A stretch of 64,000 bases of DNA, taken from the NCBI GenBank assembly GCA_047602405.1, contig JASGHJ010000001.1, positions 448,001 to 512,000 on the forward strand. Reading direction: 5' to 3'. This DNA comes from Anaeromyxobacteraceae bacterium (lineage in GTDB: Bacteria; Myxococcota; Myxococcia; Myxococcales; Anaeromyxobacteraceae). Shown piece by piece: positions 42,390-54,029 of this stretch. The notes under the pieces are model-generated. The model had not been told where the DNA came from and ran no database searches. It worked only from the letters and a program-made list of their open reading frames with translations. Numbering within the stretch: position 1 is the first letter of the stretch; every line of letters begins with the position of its first letter. A program made the translations under genes and the position numbers.

Positions 42390-45088
42390 ATGCGACTCCG
42401 CCCCCTCCTCGCGGTCGCCCTCGTGGCGACCGGCTGCGCCGCCTCGCTCCCGAAGCAGTACAAGGTGCGGCCCTTCCCGTACCAGGGCTTCACGGCGAAC
42501 TACCCGACCGGCATGCGACTCGTCGCGTTCCAGCTGCAGCACATGCCGGAGATGATGCTGTCGGCGTCCTACCGCGTCGGCAGCGTGGACGACCCGAAGG
42601 GCCGGGCCGGGCTCGCGCACCTCGTCGAGCACCTCACCTACCGCGCCCGGCCGGGCGGCGGCCCACGGACGTGGGATCGCTACGAGGCCATGGGCATCGA
42701 GTTCAACGCGCTCACCTACGCGGACTCGACCGACTACGTCGCGGTCTTTCCCCCGAGCGAGCTCCAGAAGGTGCTCGCCCTCGAGGCGGCGCGGCTCGCC
42801 GAGCCGCTCGCGGGCATCACCGAGCGTGACTTCCAGGCCGAACGTCAGGTCGTGCTGCGCGAGCTCGCGATGCGTCGGGACCCGGCCGCCGCCACCACGC
42901 ACCTCGGCTGGCTCACCTCCCGGCTCGTCCCCGAGTCCCCCTACGCGGTCGAGCCGACCGAGGACTCGGTCGCGTCGCTCACGCTCCAGGACGCCAGGGA
43001 CTTCGTGCGCTCCCACTACACCCCCGACCGCCTCCTCCTCGTCGTCACCGGGCCGACGCAGGGCGAGGCCGTGTCGCGCGCCGCCGTGCAGCACTTCGGC
43101 GAGCTCGCCACGAGCGGCCCGAAGTACCCGGAGGCGAACTCGGTCCAGCCGAACCCGCCCAGGGTGGCGCTCGACAAGCCCGCGACCGAGAAGGTGCTCG
43201 TGCGGGAGGGGCCGGCCGAGCTCCCGCTCCTGTGGGTGGGCTGGGCGCTGCCCGGCGACAAGGAGAAGGCCGGTCCGCAGGCGCTCGTGGCCGAGCAGTT
43301 CCTCGAGGGGATGGTGGGCTGGATCTCCTCGCACCGCGGCAACCGGGGCAAGATCCGCGGCATCACCACGTACGCCAACCGGATGGACGGGGTGACCATC
43401 GTCGCGGCGCGCATCGAGCTCCACGACGCCGAGGACGGGCCGAAGATCTTCGAGGCGATCCGGGACGGCCGGGACTTCCGCGGCGGCGTGAGCGGCGTCG
43501 AGCCGTGGGAGGCGCCTGGCCTGCGCACCCAGCTCCTCATGAACGCGCACCTCTCCCTCGACGCGCTGGAGCAGCTCGGCATGGCGCGCTTCATCCGCGT
43601 GAGCGGTCAGCCGGACTACATCGGGGAGTGGCCGAAGCAGGTCGCGCTCGCGCTCTCCGACGACGAGGGCATGCGGAGCTACTTCAAGAAGTACGCGACG
43701 TCCGAGCGGCTCGCGGGCCTGCTCGTCGTGCCGGCCGACACGGCGTCCCCGGTGCCCACCACGCGCGTCGCCGGCGCCACGGGCATGCTCGCCGCCGACC
43801 ACCACGGCCACCCGCCCGAGGAGCTCACCCCGGGCAACCCGCTCGACATCCCCCGCGTGCCGGAGCTCGCGAACGTGACCCGCAAGAAGCTCCCGAATGG
43901 CGTCGACCTCGTGGTCGCGCCGCGCTCCGGGTTCCGGGCGGTCTCGGCCGGGTTCTACGCCCGCACGCCGCCCGGCGGCCCCGCCGACGAGTACCTGCGC
44001 TGGATGGCGCTGTGGGCCACCCAATGCGCGGCGCCGGACGTGGACGACGCCGCCGTCTCGTTCCGGATGCGTCAGCCGACCGATCTCGCCGCCGAACGGC
44101 TGCACCGGTTCCCCTGCCTCGACGTCGGCCCGAAGCCGAACGCGCCCGAGCTCGCGCAGGGCCGGCGCTTCGTCGGTGACCAGCTCGAGCAGTTCCCGCC
44201 GAGCGCGCGGGAGCGTGCGTCGGCCGCGTTCCTCTCGGCCCTCTACCCCGACCACCCGTACGGCGACACCCTGATCACCGCGGCCCGCGTGCGGGGCTTC
44301 GGCGACGGCGAGGCGTCCGACTTCATCCGTGGCGCCATCCGGCCGGAGCGCACGACGGTGGTCGTCTCGGGCGACGTCGAGACCACGCCCGACGCGATGG
44401 AGGCGCTCGAGAGCCGCTTCGGCGGCTGGACCGCCGGCGGCACCGCCCTTCCCACCGCTGCGCCGAGGCCCGCGCTGCCCGCCGCGCGGCGGGTGCTGGT
44501 GGCGAACCGCACCGGCTGGACGACCGCCGAGCTCCTCGTGGGCGTCCGCGCGCCGCCCCGCGCCGAGCGCGACGAGCCCGCCTCCGCGCGCTCTCGTGGC
44601 AGCTCTCGAAGGTCCTCAACGACCGGCTGCGGATCTCGCGCGGCGACACCTATTGCGTGAACGTCCAGCTCCTGGAGCGCTCGCTCGGGTCGTCGATGGT
44701 GCTCTCGACGGTCGTGCCGACCGACCGCGTGATGACCGTGCTCGCGGAGGTCGTCGGCGACCTCTCCGCGCTCGCGGAGCCCCTCGACGAGCCGGCGCTC
44801 GCGCGCGCCCGCTGGCAGGTCGCGCGGCAGTTCGTCATGGGCTTCGGGACGACCGCGCGCAACCGCGAGCGCCTCGGCGAGCTCGCGCTGCACGGATTGC
44901 CGGCCGACGAGTGGGACACCTACCTCGCCCGCACCGCCTCGCTCACGCCCGATCGCCTCGTCGCGCAGGCGAAGGGGCTGGGGCTCGACCGGGAGATCGT
45001 GCTCGTGGTCGGCGACGCGGCGAAGATCGTCCCCGCGCTCGAGGCGCGCGGGATCACGGCGGAGGTGCTGCCGGACGCGAAGCGGTAG
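42390..45088 (+). pseudogene. M16 (insulinase) family peptidase lipoprotein, one-base deletion near 44583
   Basis: Lipobox VATGC; VGSVDDP..R.GLAHLVEHL; second half KLPNG, YPDHPYG; frame continues as RALSWQLSKVLNDRLR into ORF 44657..45088. Confidence 0.85.
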
Positions 45089-45098
45089 CGCCCTGGCG

Positions 45099-45941
45099 CT
45101 ACCGCTCCTGGAACTCGATCTTCACCTTCGGGGCGTACCCGCGCTCGGCCGCCTCGCCGAGGAAGCGGGCGACGGCCTCGCGGCCGCGCGGGCCGAGCTC
45201 GCTCGTCCACGCATTCACGTACATGCCGACGAACTTGTCGGCCTGCTCGCGCTCGAGGCCGCGCGCGAAGCTCATCGCGTAGTCGAGCGCCGGACCGCGC
45301 TGGGCGAGCCCGAGGTCGATCGACTGCTTCCAGGCGATCGCCGCCTTCCGCCGGACGTCGTCCGGCAGCGCGCGCTTCACCGCGTTCATCCCGAGCGGGA
45401 GCGGCAGGCCGGTGCGGCCGGTCCACCAGCGGCCGAGGTCCTCCACGACGCGCAGGCCCTCCTCGTGCGCGGTGAGCTGGCCCTCGTGGATGACGAGCGC
45501 GGCGTCGACCTCACCCCGCTTCGCCGCGGCGCCGACGGCCTTGAAGTCCATCGGCACGGCGACGTGCTCGGGGAGGCGGAGCTTCAGCGCGAGGGCGGCG
45601 CTCGTGCGCAGGCCCGGCACGGCGATGCGCTTCCCGGCGAGGTCCTCGGCCTTCATCGCCTTCGCCCCGACCGGCACGACCAGGATGGGCCCGTAGCCGT
45701 CCCCGAACGAGGCGCCGGAGTCGAGGAGCAGGTACTTCTCCGCGAGGTACGGGTACGCACCGACCGAGATCGCGGTGAGGTCGTACTCGGCGTCCTTCGC
45801 GGCGGCGGCGTTGGCGGACTCGATGTCCGACAGCGCCTGGACGAACTCGATCCCCTCGGCCTTCACCGCGCCCGTGGCGATGCCCCAGTACATGAACGCG
45901 TCGTCCGAGTCCGGGCTGTGGGCCACCTTGAGACGGAACAT
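45099..45941 (-). CDS. mqnD: 1,4-dihydroxy-6-naphthoate synthase (MqnA/MqnD family)
   Basis: AHSPDSDDAFM, SFGDGYGP, VIHEGQL, LPLPLG, MYVN; divergent from the mqn operon. Confidence 0.9.
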   Translation of the reverse strand: MFRLKVAHSPDSDDAFMYWGIATGAVKAEGIEFVQALSDIESANAAAAKDAEYDLTAISVGAYPYLAEKYLLLDSGASFGDGYGPILVVPVGAKAMKAEDLAGKRIAVPGLRTSAALALKLRLPEHVAVPMDFKAVGAAAKRGEVDAALVIHEGQLTAHEEGLRVVEDLGRWWTGRTGLPLPLGMNAVKRALPDDVRRKAAIAWKQSIDLGLAQRGPALDYAMSFARGLEREQADKFVGMYVNAWTSELGPRGREAVARFLGEAAERGYAPKVKIEFQER

Positions 45942-45959
45942 GCGGGGGGGTCTACCACC

Positions 45960-45977
45960 TTTCAACGTTCATTGAAA
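45960..45977. promoter_or_regulatory. Palindromic operator TTTCAA-N6-TTGAAA between divergent mqnD and the ubiD operon
   Basis: AT-rich perfect inverted repeat in a 69-bp divergent spacer; matches 37985-38000. Confidence 0.7.
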
Positions 45978-46010
45978 TGAACCGGGCGCGCTGGTAAGGA
46001 TCCCCGCGCC

Positions 46011-47527
46011 ATGGCCTACCGCTCGCTCCGCGAGTTCCTGGATCGGCTCGATCGCGCGGGGGAGCTCCTGCGCATCCGGGAGCCGGTCTCGCTCGACCTC
46101 GAGATGGCCGCGCTCGCCGACCGCGCCGCGAAGCAGGGCGGGCCGGCGCTCCTCTTCGAGAACGTCAGGGAGCGGCCGGGCTCCATGCCGGTCGTGATGA
46201 ACCTCTTCGGCTCGAAGCGCCGCACGGCGTGGGCGCTCTCGTGCGAGGACGTCGAGCACCACGCGAACGAGCTGCGCGCGCTCCTCAAGACGGCGCCGCC
46301 GCAGGGGCTCTGGGACAAGCTCAAGATGCTCCCGAAGCTCGGGAAGCTCGCGACGCTCCCGCCGAAGCACGTCTCCGACGGCGCGGTGCAGGAGGTCGTG
46401 GTGAAGGAGCCCGACCTCTCGACGCTCCCCATCCTCAAGACCTGGCCGCACGACGGCGGGCCGTACATCACGCTCCCGCAGGTCATCACGCGCGACCCGG
46501 AGAACGGCTCGCGCAACGTCGGCATGTACCGGGTGCAGGTGCTCGGGCCGCGCCGGCTCGCGATGCACTGGCAGCTCCACAAGACCGCGAACGCCCACTG
46601 GCGCGGCTACCGCAAGAAGGGCGAGCGGATGCCGGTCGCGATCGCGCTCGGCGGCGACCCGGCGCTCGTGTGGGTCGGCTCGGCGCCGCTGCCGCCCGGG
46701 ATCGACGAGTACCTCTTCGCCGGGTTCCTCCGCGGCGAGTCGGTCCGGATGGTGAAGTGCGTGACGAACGACCTCGAGGTCCCCGCCGACGCGGACCTCG
46801 TGATCGAGGGCTACGTGGACCCGAACGCGCCGCTCGTGCGCGAGGGCCCGTTCGGCGACCACACCGGCTTCTACTCGCTCGCGGACGACTACCCGGCGAT
46901 GGAGGTCACCGCGATCACGCAGCGCCGCGACGCCATCTACCCGGCGACCGTCGTCGGGCCGCCGCCGGTCGAGGACCTGTGGATGGGCGGGGCGACGGGG
47001 CGCCTGTTCCTGCCGATGCTCCAGCTCGTCTTCCCCGAGATCCTCGACATGGCCTTCCCGCCGGAGGGCGTGTTCCACAACCTCTGCCTGATCCGGATGA
47101 AGAAGGAGTTCCCCGGCCACGCGAAGAAGCTCATGCACGGCCTGTGGGGCTCGGGGCAGATGTCGTCCACGAAGACGCTCGTCGTCTTCGACGAGGACGT
47201 CGACGTGCAGGACACCTCGCAGGCGGCCTGGCGCGCGTTCGCCAACGTGGACGCGAAGCGGGACCTCGTGGTGGTGGACGGGCCGGTCGACATCCTCGAC
47301 CACGCCGCGCCCCACCTCGGCCTCGGCGGCAAGATCGGCGTCGACGCGACACGGAAGTGGGTCGAGGAGGGCGGCCGGGAGTGGCCGGAGCCCTGCGTGC
47401 ACCCGCCCGAGGTCGTCGCCCGCATGGACGCGCTCTACGACCGGCTCGTCGCCGGCGCGGCGCCGCTCCGGCGGCCCGCCATCGCGCCACCGCCGGCGGC
47501 GGCGTGGACGCCCAGGAAGGCGAACGG

Positions 47528-47531
<4 letters not shown>
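46011..47531 (+). CDS. ubiD: UbiD-family menaquinone biosynthesis decarboxylase (MqnL-like)
   Basis: PALLFEN, RNVGMYR, MHWQLHK, EGPFGDHTGFY, KIGVDAT. Confidence 0.94.
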
Positions 47532-48231
<700 letters not shown>

Positions 48232-48235
<4 letters not shown>

Positions 48236-48825
48236 AGCTCGTCGTCGGCATCTCCGGCGCGACGGGCGCGCCCTACGCGAAGCGGTTCCTCGACTTCCTC
48301 GCCGAGCACGGCCCCGCGCACGGCGTCACGGCCGACCTCGTCTTCTCCTCGACCGGCAAGCAGGTCTGGATGCAGGAGATCGGCAAGGAGCCGAAGTACC
48401 CGTTCAAGATCTACAAGAACCAGGACTTCACGGCGCCCTTCGCGTCCGGCTCGTCGCAGTACGACGCGATGGTCGTCATCCCCTGCTCCTCCGGCGCGCT
48501 CGCCCGCATCGCCCACGGCATCTCGGTCGACCTCATCGGCCGCGCGGGCGACGTGATGCTGAAGGAGCGGAAGAAGCTCGTGCTCGTGCTGCGCGAGACC
48601 CCCATCTCGCTCGTGCACGCGCGCGCCATCACGCAGGTCATCGAGGCGGGCGCGATGGTGATGCCCGCCTCGCCGTCGTTCTACTCGCGGCCGAAGGACA
48701 TGGCCGCGCTCGTGGACACGGTGGTCGCGCGGGTGCTCGACCGCATCGGCCTGCCGAACGATCTCATGAAGCGCTGGGACGGGCTGTCGCCCGCGGCGCC
48801 CGAACCCGTGGAGGACGCCACATGA
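48232..48825 (+). CDS. ubiX: Flavin prenyltransferase
   Basis: VGISGATG, ASGS, PCS, LKER..LVLVLRETP, PSFY. Confidence 0.94.
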
Positions 48826-49985
48826 TCTCCGACCTCGCGCACCGCGCCCTGGAGCGCGACGGCCTCGGTCCCATCCGCGACCGCGTGCTCGCCGGCGAGC
48901 GGCTGACCGACGCCGAGGCGCTGAAGCTCTTCGAGGCGACCGACCTCGCCGCGGTGGGCGCGCTCGCGAACCACGTCCGCGAGGCGCGCCACGGCGACCT
49001 CGCCTTCTACAACCGCAACGTGCACCTCAACCCCACCAACGTCTGCGTGGCGAGCTGCAAGTTCTGCTCGTTCGCCCGCAAGGACGACCAGGTGGCGTCC
49101 GAGGGCTACACCATGAAGCTCGAGGAGGCCGTCGAGAAGGTCCTCTCGCGCAAGCCCCTGGGAATCACCGAGGTGCACATCGTCTCCGGTCTGCACCCGG
49201 ATCTCCCGTGGGAGTACTACACGGAGCTCCTCCGCCGGATCCGCGCCGGCTGGCCGGGGCTCGCCATCAAGGCGTTCACCGCCGTCGAGATCCAGTTCTT
49301 CGCGGACAAGTTCCAGAAGACCTACGCCCAGGTCCTCTCCGAGCTCCGCGACGCCGGCATGGACACGATGCCCGGCGGCGGCGCCGAGATCTTCGCGCCG
49401 CGCGTGCGCCGGAAGATCTGCGACGACAAGGCCACCGCCGACCAGTGGATCGAGATCCACCGCACGGCGCACCGGCTCGGCCTCAAGACCAACGCCACCA
49501 TGCTCTACGGGCACATCGAGCACCTGGACGAGCGGGTCGACCACATGCGCCGGCTGCGCGAGCTGCAGGACGAGACCCACGGCTTCCAGGTCTTCATCCC
49601 GCTCGCGTTCCACCCCGAGCACAACATGATCGGCAAGGCCTTCCCGAAGCCGACCGGGTACGACGCGCTCCGCACGCTCGCGGTCGCGCGCCTCTACCTC
49701 GACAACTTCGACCACGTGAAGGCGTACTGGGTCTCGCTCGGCGACCGGCTCGCCCAGACCGCGCTCGCGTTCGGCGTGGACGACCTCGACGGCACCGTGC
49801 TCGAGGAGCGCATCTACCACATGGCGGGCTCCACCGTGCCGCAGGCGCTCTCCGAGCCCGACCTCCACCGGCTCATCCGCGCCGCGGGCCGCGTGCCCGC
49901 CGAGCGCGACAGCCTCTACCACGTGCTGAAGGTCCACGACGGCGCCGCGCCCGGCGCCGGGGAAGTGGCCCGGGTGACCGCATGA
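48822..49985 (+). CDS. mqnE: Aminofutalosine synthase (radical SAM)
   Basis: NPTNVCVASCKFC, MPGGGAEIF, NATMLYGHIE, FIPLAF, HVKAYW. Confidence 0.94.
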   Translation: MISDLAHRALERDGLGPIRDRVLAGERLTDAEALKLFEATDLAAVGALANHVREARHGDLAFYNRNVHLNPTNVCVASCKFCSFARKDDQVASEGYTMKLEEAVEKVLSRKPLGITEVHIVSGLHPDLPWEYYTELLRRIRAGWPGLAIKAFTAVEIQFFADKFQKTYAQVLSELRDAGMDTMPGGGAEIFAPRVRRKICDDKATADQWIEIHRTAHRLGLKTNATMLYGHIEHLDERVDHMRRLRELQDETHGFQVFIPLAFHPEHNMIGKAFPKPTGYDALRTLAVARLYLDNFDHVKAYWVSLGDRLAQTALAFGVDDLDGTVLEERIYHMAGSTVPQALSEPDLHRLIRAAGRVPAERDSLYHVLKVHDGAAPGAGEVARVTA

Positions 49986-51868
49986 CGACGAAGAAGCTCC
50001 GCGCCGCCGCCGTCTCGTTCCTCAACGCCTGGCCGCTCACCGAGGGCCTGGATCGCTCCGAGCGCATCGAGCTCGTCAAGGCGGAGCCGTCCGCCTGCGC
50101 CGCGATGCTCGAGGCCGGCGAGGTCGACCTCGCGCTCGTGTCGGTCGCCGCGCTCACGAAGGGCCAGTACGACATCGTGCCGGGGATGGCCATCGGCGCC
50201 GACGGGCCGGTGCAGACCGTGGTCCTCGCCGGCGAGCAGTCGCCGGCCATCTGGGACGAGGTCTTCCTCGACACCGCCTCCCGCACCTCGCACGTGCTCG
50301 CGAAGCTCGTGCTCGACGGCATGGGCGTGCACCCGGCCTACACCCCGGCCCCCGCCGCCGACGGCCTCGCGCGCGCGAAGGGCACGAAGGGCGCCCTCGT
50401 CATCGGCGACCGCGCCTTCGACGTCCGCGCGAACCAGGTGCTCGACCTCGGCCGCGAGTGGAACAAGCTCTCCGGCCTGCCGATGATCTTCGCGCTCTGG
50501 GCCGCGCGCCCGGGCACGGTCTCGCCGGAGGACGTGCAGGAGCTCACCCGGGCCGCGCAGCACGGCCTCGGCATGCGCACCGAGCTCGCCCAGCGCTTCG
50601 CGGCCGAGAAGGGCGGCGACCCGGAGCGCTACCGCCGCTACCTCACCCAGCGCATCCGCTACGGCCTCGGGCCGTACGAGCTGCAGGGGCTCGAGGCGTT
50701 CCTCGACCGCGCGGCGCGGAAGGGCTTCCTGCCCCCGATGAAGCTGCGCTTCGTGGACGACGTCGTGAAGACCCGCCGCGTCCGCCGGCAGGTCTCGCTC
50801 GACACCGCGCTCTCGAAGGGCGCGACCGGCGAGCGGCTCGACGCCGACGAGGCGGAGCTCCTCGACGAGAAGGCGAGCGTGCTCGACCTCGGCCTCGCCG
50901 CCGACGCCCGCCGCCGCGCGCTCCACCCGGACGGCGTCGTCACCTACATCGTCTCGCGCAACGTCAACTACACGAACGTCTGCACCACGGCCTGCCACTT
51001 CTGCGCGTTCTACCGGCCGCGCGGGCACGGCGAGGCGTACGTGCTCTCGCGCGAGCAGCTCACGAAGAAGATCGACGAGACCGTCGCGCTCGGCGGCATC
51101 GAGATCCTGCTCCAGGGCGGGCTCCACCCCGAGCTCGGCATCGAGTGGTACGAGGACCTCTTCCGCTGGGTGAAGCAGAAGTGGCCGATGATCAACCTGC
51201 ACGCGCTGTCGCCCGAGGAGATCTGGCACATCGCGCGCACGAGCGAGCTCTCGCTCGACGCGACCATGGACCGGCTCATCGCCTCCGGGCTCGACTCGAT
51301 CCCGGGCGGCGGCGCCGAGGTGCTCGACGACGAGGTCCGCCGCCGGATCGCGCCGCTCAAGTGCTCGACCGACGAGTGGCTCACGGTGATGCGCGCCGCC
51401 CACCAGCACGGCCTCCGCTCGACGGCGACGCTGATGTTCGGCGTCGGCGAGGAGGCGCGGCACCGGGTGGCGCACCTGATGCGCCTGCGCGAGCTGCAGG
51501 ACGAGACGAAGGGCTTCACGGCCTTCATCTGCTGGCCCTTCCAGCCGGACAACACGCGGCTCCAGCCCGGCGACGGCAGCGCCCAGGCGTACCTCCGCAC
51601 GAACGCGCTCAGCCGGCTCGTGCTCGACAACGTCCCGAACCTGCAGGCGTCGTGGGTCACGATGGGCGGCGGGGTCGCGCAGGCCTCGCTGCACATGGGC
51701 TGCAACGACTTCGGCTCGGTGATGATCGAGGAGAACGTCGTGTCGGCCGCCGGGACGACCTTCCAGATGGACTCGGAGGAGGTCGAGCGGCACATCCGCG
51801 ACGCCGGCTTCCAGGCCGCGCGCCGGAACATGAGGTACGAGATCGTCGGCGGGGGCGCGCAGGCGTGA
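49982..51868 (+). CDS. mqnC: Chorismate dehydratase MqnA fused to cyclic dehypoxanthinyl futalosine synthase MqnC
   Basis: N-half VSFLNAWPL, ASRTS, LVIGDRA, DLGREW, LPMIFALW (MqnA); C-half RNVNYTNVCTTACHFC, LLQGG, SIPGGGAE, QASWVT, EENVV (MqnC). Confidence 0.92.
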   Translation: MTTKKLRAAAVSFLNAWPLTEGLDRSERIELVKAEPSACAAMLEAGEVDLALVSVAALTKGQYDIVPGMAIGADGPVQTVVLAGEQSPAIWDEVFLDTASRTSHVLAKLVLDGMGVHPAYTPAPAADGLARAKGTKGALVIGDRAFDVRANQVLDLGREWNKLSGLPMIFALWAARPGTVSPEDVQELTRAAQHGLGMRTELAQRFAAEKGGDPERYRRYLTQRIRYGLGPYELQGLEAFLDRAARKGFLPPMKLRFVDDVVKTRRVRRQVSLDTALSKGATGERLDADEAELLDEKASVLDLGLAADARRRALHPDGVVTYIVSRNVNYTNVCTTACHFCAFYRPRGHGEAYVLSREQLTKKIDETVALGGIEILLQGGLHPELGIEWYEDLFRWVKQKWPMINLHALSPEEIWHIARTSELSLDATMDRLIASGLDSIPGGGAEVLDDEVRRRIAPLKCSTDEWLTVMRAAHQHGLRSTATLMFGVGEEARHRVAHLMRLRELQDETKGFTAFICWPFQPDNTRLQPGDGSAQAYLRTNALSRLVLDNVPNLQASWVTMGGGVAQASLHMGCNDFGSVMIEENVVSAAGTTFQMDSEEVERHIRDAGFQAARRNMRYEIVGGGAQA

Positions 51869-53070
51869 CCGTGAAGGTGTTCAGCGCGCCGTGGGTGCTC
51901 ACGGGCCTGGCGGTGGTGAAGGACGGCGCCGTGGCGCTCGACGGCGACGCCGTCGTCGCCGCCGGCCCGCGCGCCGAGATCGAGGCGACGCACGGCCCCG
52001 GCGAGCGGCTCGACGCGATCCTGCTGCCGGCGCTCGTGAACGCGCACCTGCACCTCGAGGTCTCGCACCTCGCGGGGCGGGTCCAGGGCGGCGAGGGGCT
52101 CGCGCCGTGGGTGCAGCTGTTCATCGCGACGCGCGCGACCGCCCGGCCGGAGGACGTCCAGCCGGCGATGGAGATGGCGGCGGAGGACATGGTGGCGGCC
52201 GGCGTCGCGGCGGTCGGCGACGTCACGAACACGCTCGGCTCGGTCGGCGCGCTCGCGCGGGCCGGCGTGGCGGGCTCGGTCTACCTCGAGGTGTTCGGCC
52301 TCACGCCCGAGCGCTACGAGCGGATGTACGCGACCGCCCGGGAGGCGCTCGAGCGCGCGAAGCTCCCGCCGGGCCTGCGCGTCCGGCTCTCGCCGCACGC
52401 CGTCTACTCCACGCTGCCCGACGCCGTCGCGACGCTGCTCGACGCGGGGCCCGGCTCCATTCATCTCGCGGAGGACCCGGAGGAGCGCGCGCTCGTCGCC
52501 CACGGCACCGGCGCCTTCGCGCGCATGGCCGCCTCCATGAAGGCCCCGCCCCCGCGGCCGCACGCGCGCTCGGCGGTGGCCGCGGTGGCGCCGCACCTGA
52601 AGCCCGGCCACCTCGCCGTGCACTGCGTGGACGTCGACGCCGAGGACGCGACCCTGCTCGCCCGCTCCGGCGCCACCGTCGTGCTCTGCCCGCGCTCGAA
52701 CCGGCACATCGGCGGACGGCTCCCGCCGCTCCCGCTCCTCCTCGAGACCGGCGCCTCGCTCGCGGTCGGCACCGACTCGCTCGCGTCCTCGCCGTCGCTC
52801 GCGCCGCTCGCGGAGCTCGCCGCGCTGCGCGAGGCCTTCCCGGCCGTGCCCGCCGCGCGCCTGTTGCCGCTCGCCTGGAACGGCGCCGCCGTCGGGGCCC
52901 CGCACGTGGGCCGCCTCGCGCCCGGCAAGGCCCCCGGCGTCCTCGCCGCGCCGCTCGCCGGCGCCCGGCCCGCCGACCCGTTCGAGCACCTCCTCGCCGC
53001 CTTCGGCGCCCCCTCGAAGCCGCCCCCCTTCCGCTGGCTCGCGCGCCAGCGCCCGGAGGCCACCGCGTGA
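51865..53070 (+). CDS. Amidohydrolase, probable aminodeoxyfutalosine deaminase
   Basis: VNAHLHLE, SPHAVYS, HLAE, VHCV, CPRSN, GTDSLAS; embedded in the mqn operon. Confidence 0.8.
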   Translation: MTVKVFSAPWVLTGLAVVKDGAVALDGDAVVAAGPRAEIEATHGPGERLDAILLPALVNAHLHLEVSHLAGRVQGGEGLAPWVQLFIATRATARPEDVQPAMEMAAEDMVAAGVAAVGDVTNTLGSVGALARAGVAGSVYLEVFGLTPERYERMYATAREALERAKLPPGLRVRLSPHAVYSTLPDAVATLLDAGPGSIHLAEDPEERALVAHGTGAFARMAASMKAPPPRPHARSAVAAVAPHLKPGHLAVHCVDVDAEDATLLARSGATVVLCPRSNRHIGGRLPPLPLLLETGASLAVGTDSLASSPSLAPLAELAALREAFPAVPAARLLPLAWNGAAVGAPHVGRLAPGKAPGVLAAPLAGARPADPFEHLLAAFGAPSKPPPFRWLARQRPEATA

Positions 53071-54029
53071 CGCATCCTTCGACTACGACCGTTCATCCTG
53101 AGCGTAGGCCCGCCGAAGGCGGGCCGAAGTCGAAGGACGCCCAGGATGAGCGGATGGGTGGAGGCCTCGGCGCCCTCGCGCGGATGGTGAAGCTCAGCCA
53201 CTCGCTCTTCGCGCTGCCCTTCGCCGCGAGCGCCGTCGTGCTCGTGGCGCGGGACGCGACGCTCGACCTCTGGCGCCTCGCGCTCGTCGCGGTCGCCGTG
53301 GTCGCCGCCCGCACCGCCGCGATGGCGATGAACCGCATCGCCGACCGGCGCTTCGACGCGAAGAACCCGCGCACGCAGCGGCGCGAGCTCGTCACCGGCG
53401 AGGTCAGCCCCGCCTCCGCCTGGGCGCTCCTCGTGGGCTCCTCCGCGGTCTTCGTCACCGCGGCCTTCCTGCTCCTCCCGCTCGCGGGCTGGCTGTCGCC
53501 CGCGGTGCTCGCGATCCTGCTCGGCTACTCCTTCGCGAAGCGGTTCACCTGGGCCTGCCACCTCTGGCTCGGCGTGGCCCAGGCGCTCGCGCCCGTCGGC
53601 GTCGCGATCGCGCTCACCGGCGCCGCGCCGGCGGCCTCCATCGTGCTCGGCCTCGGCGTGGGCGCCTGGATCGCCGGCTTCGACGTCTTCTACGCGATGC
53701 AGGACACCGAGTTCGACCGCGGCGAGGGGCTCCGGTCGATCCCGGTCCGCTTCGGCGTGAAGGGCGGGCTCGCCTGGGCGCGCGGGCTCCACGTGCTCAC
53801 CGCCGTGCTGGTCCCGCTCGCCGGCTGGCTCGCCGGCCGCGGCCCGGCCTGGTACCTCGGCTCGGCGATCATGACGGTGGTGGTCTTCCTCGAGCACCGG
53901 CACGTCGCGCCGGGCGGCGAGGTCAGGCCCGAGCGCATCAACGTCGCCTTCTTCAACTACAACGCCTTCGCCTCGGTCGCCTTCGCGCTCTGCGCCCTCG
54001 CCGACCTCTGGCTCGCGGGGGCCCGGTGA
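53067..54029 (+). CDS. mqnP: UbiA-like polyprenyltransferase (MqnP)
   Basis: HSLFALPF, ARTAAMAMNRIADRRFDAKNPRT, YSFAKRFT, GFDVFYAMQD; alternative start ATG 53154. Confidence 0.9.
   Translation: MTHPSTTTVHPERRPAEGGPKSKDAQDERMGGGLGALARMVKLSHSLFALPFAASAVVLVARDATLDLWRLALVAVAVVAARTAAMAMNRIADRRFDAKNPRTQRRELVTGEVSPASAWALLVGSSAVFVTAAFLLLPLAGWLSPAVLAILLGYSFAKRFTWACHLWLGVAQALAPVGVAIALTGAAPAASIVLGLGVGAWIAGFDVFYAMQDTEFDRGEGLRSIPVRFGVKGGLAWARGLHVLTAVLVPLAGWLAGRGPAWYLGSAIMTVVVFLEHRHVAPGGEVRPERINVAFFNYNAFASVAFALCALADLWLAGAR
53072..53153. repeat. Nested palindromic (REP/RPE-like) element at the 5' end of mqnP
   Basis: 53072-84 complementary to 53128-40 (12/13); 53089-100 complementary to 53142-53 (11/12 plus a G:U); GGCCCGCC-GAA-GGCGGGCC hairpin at 53107-25. 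Confidence 0.75.
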
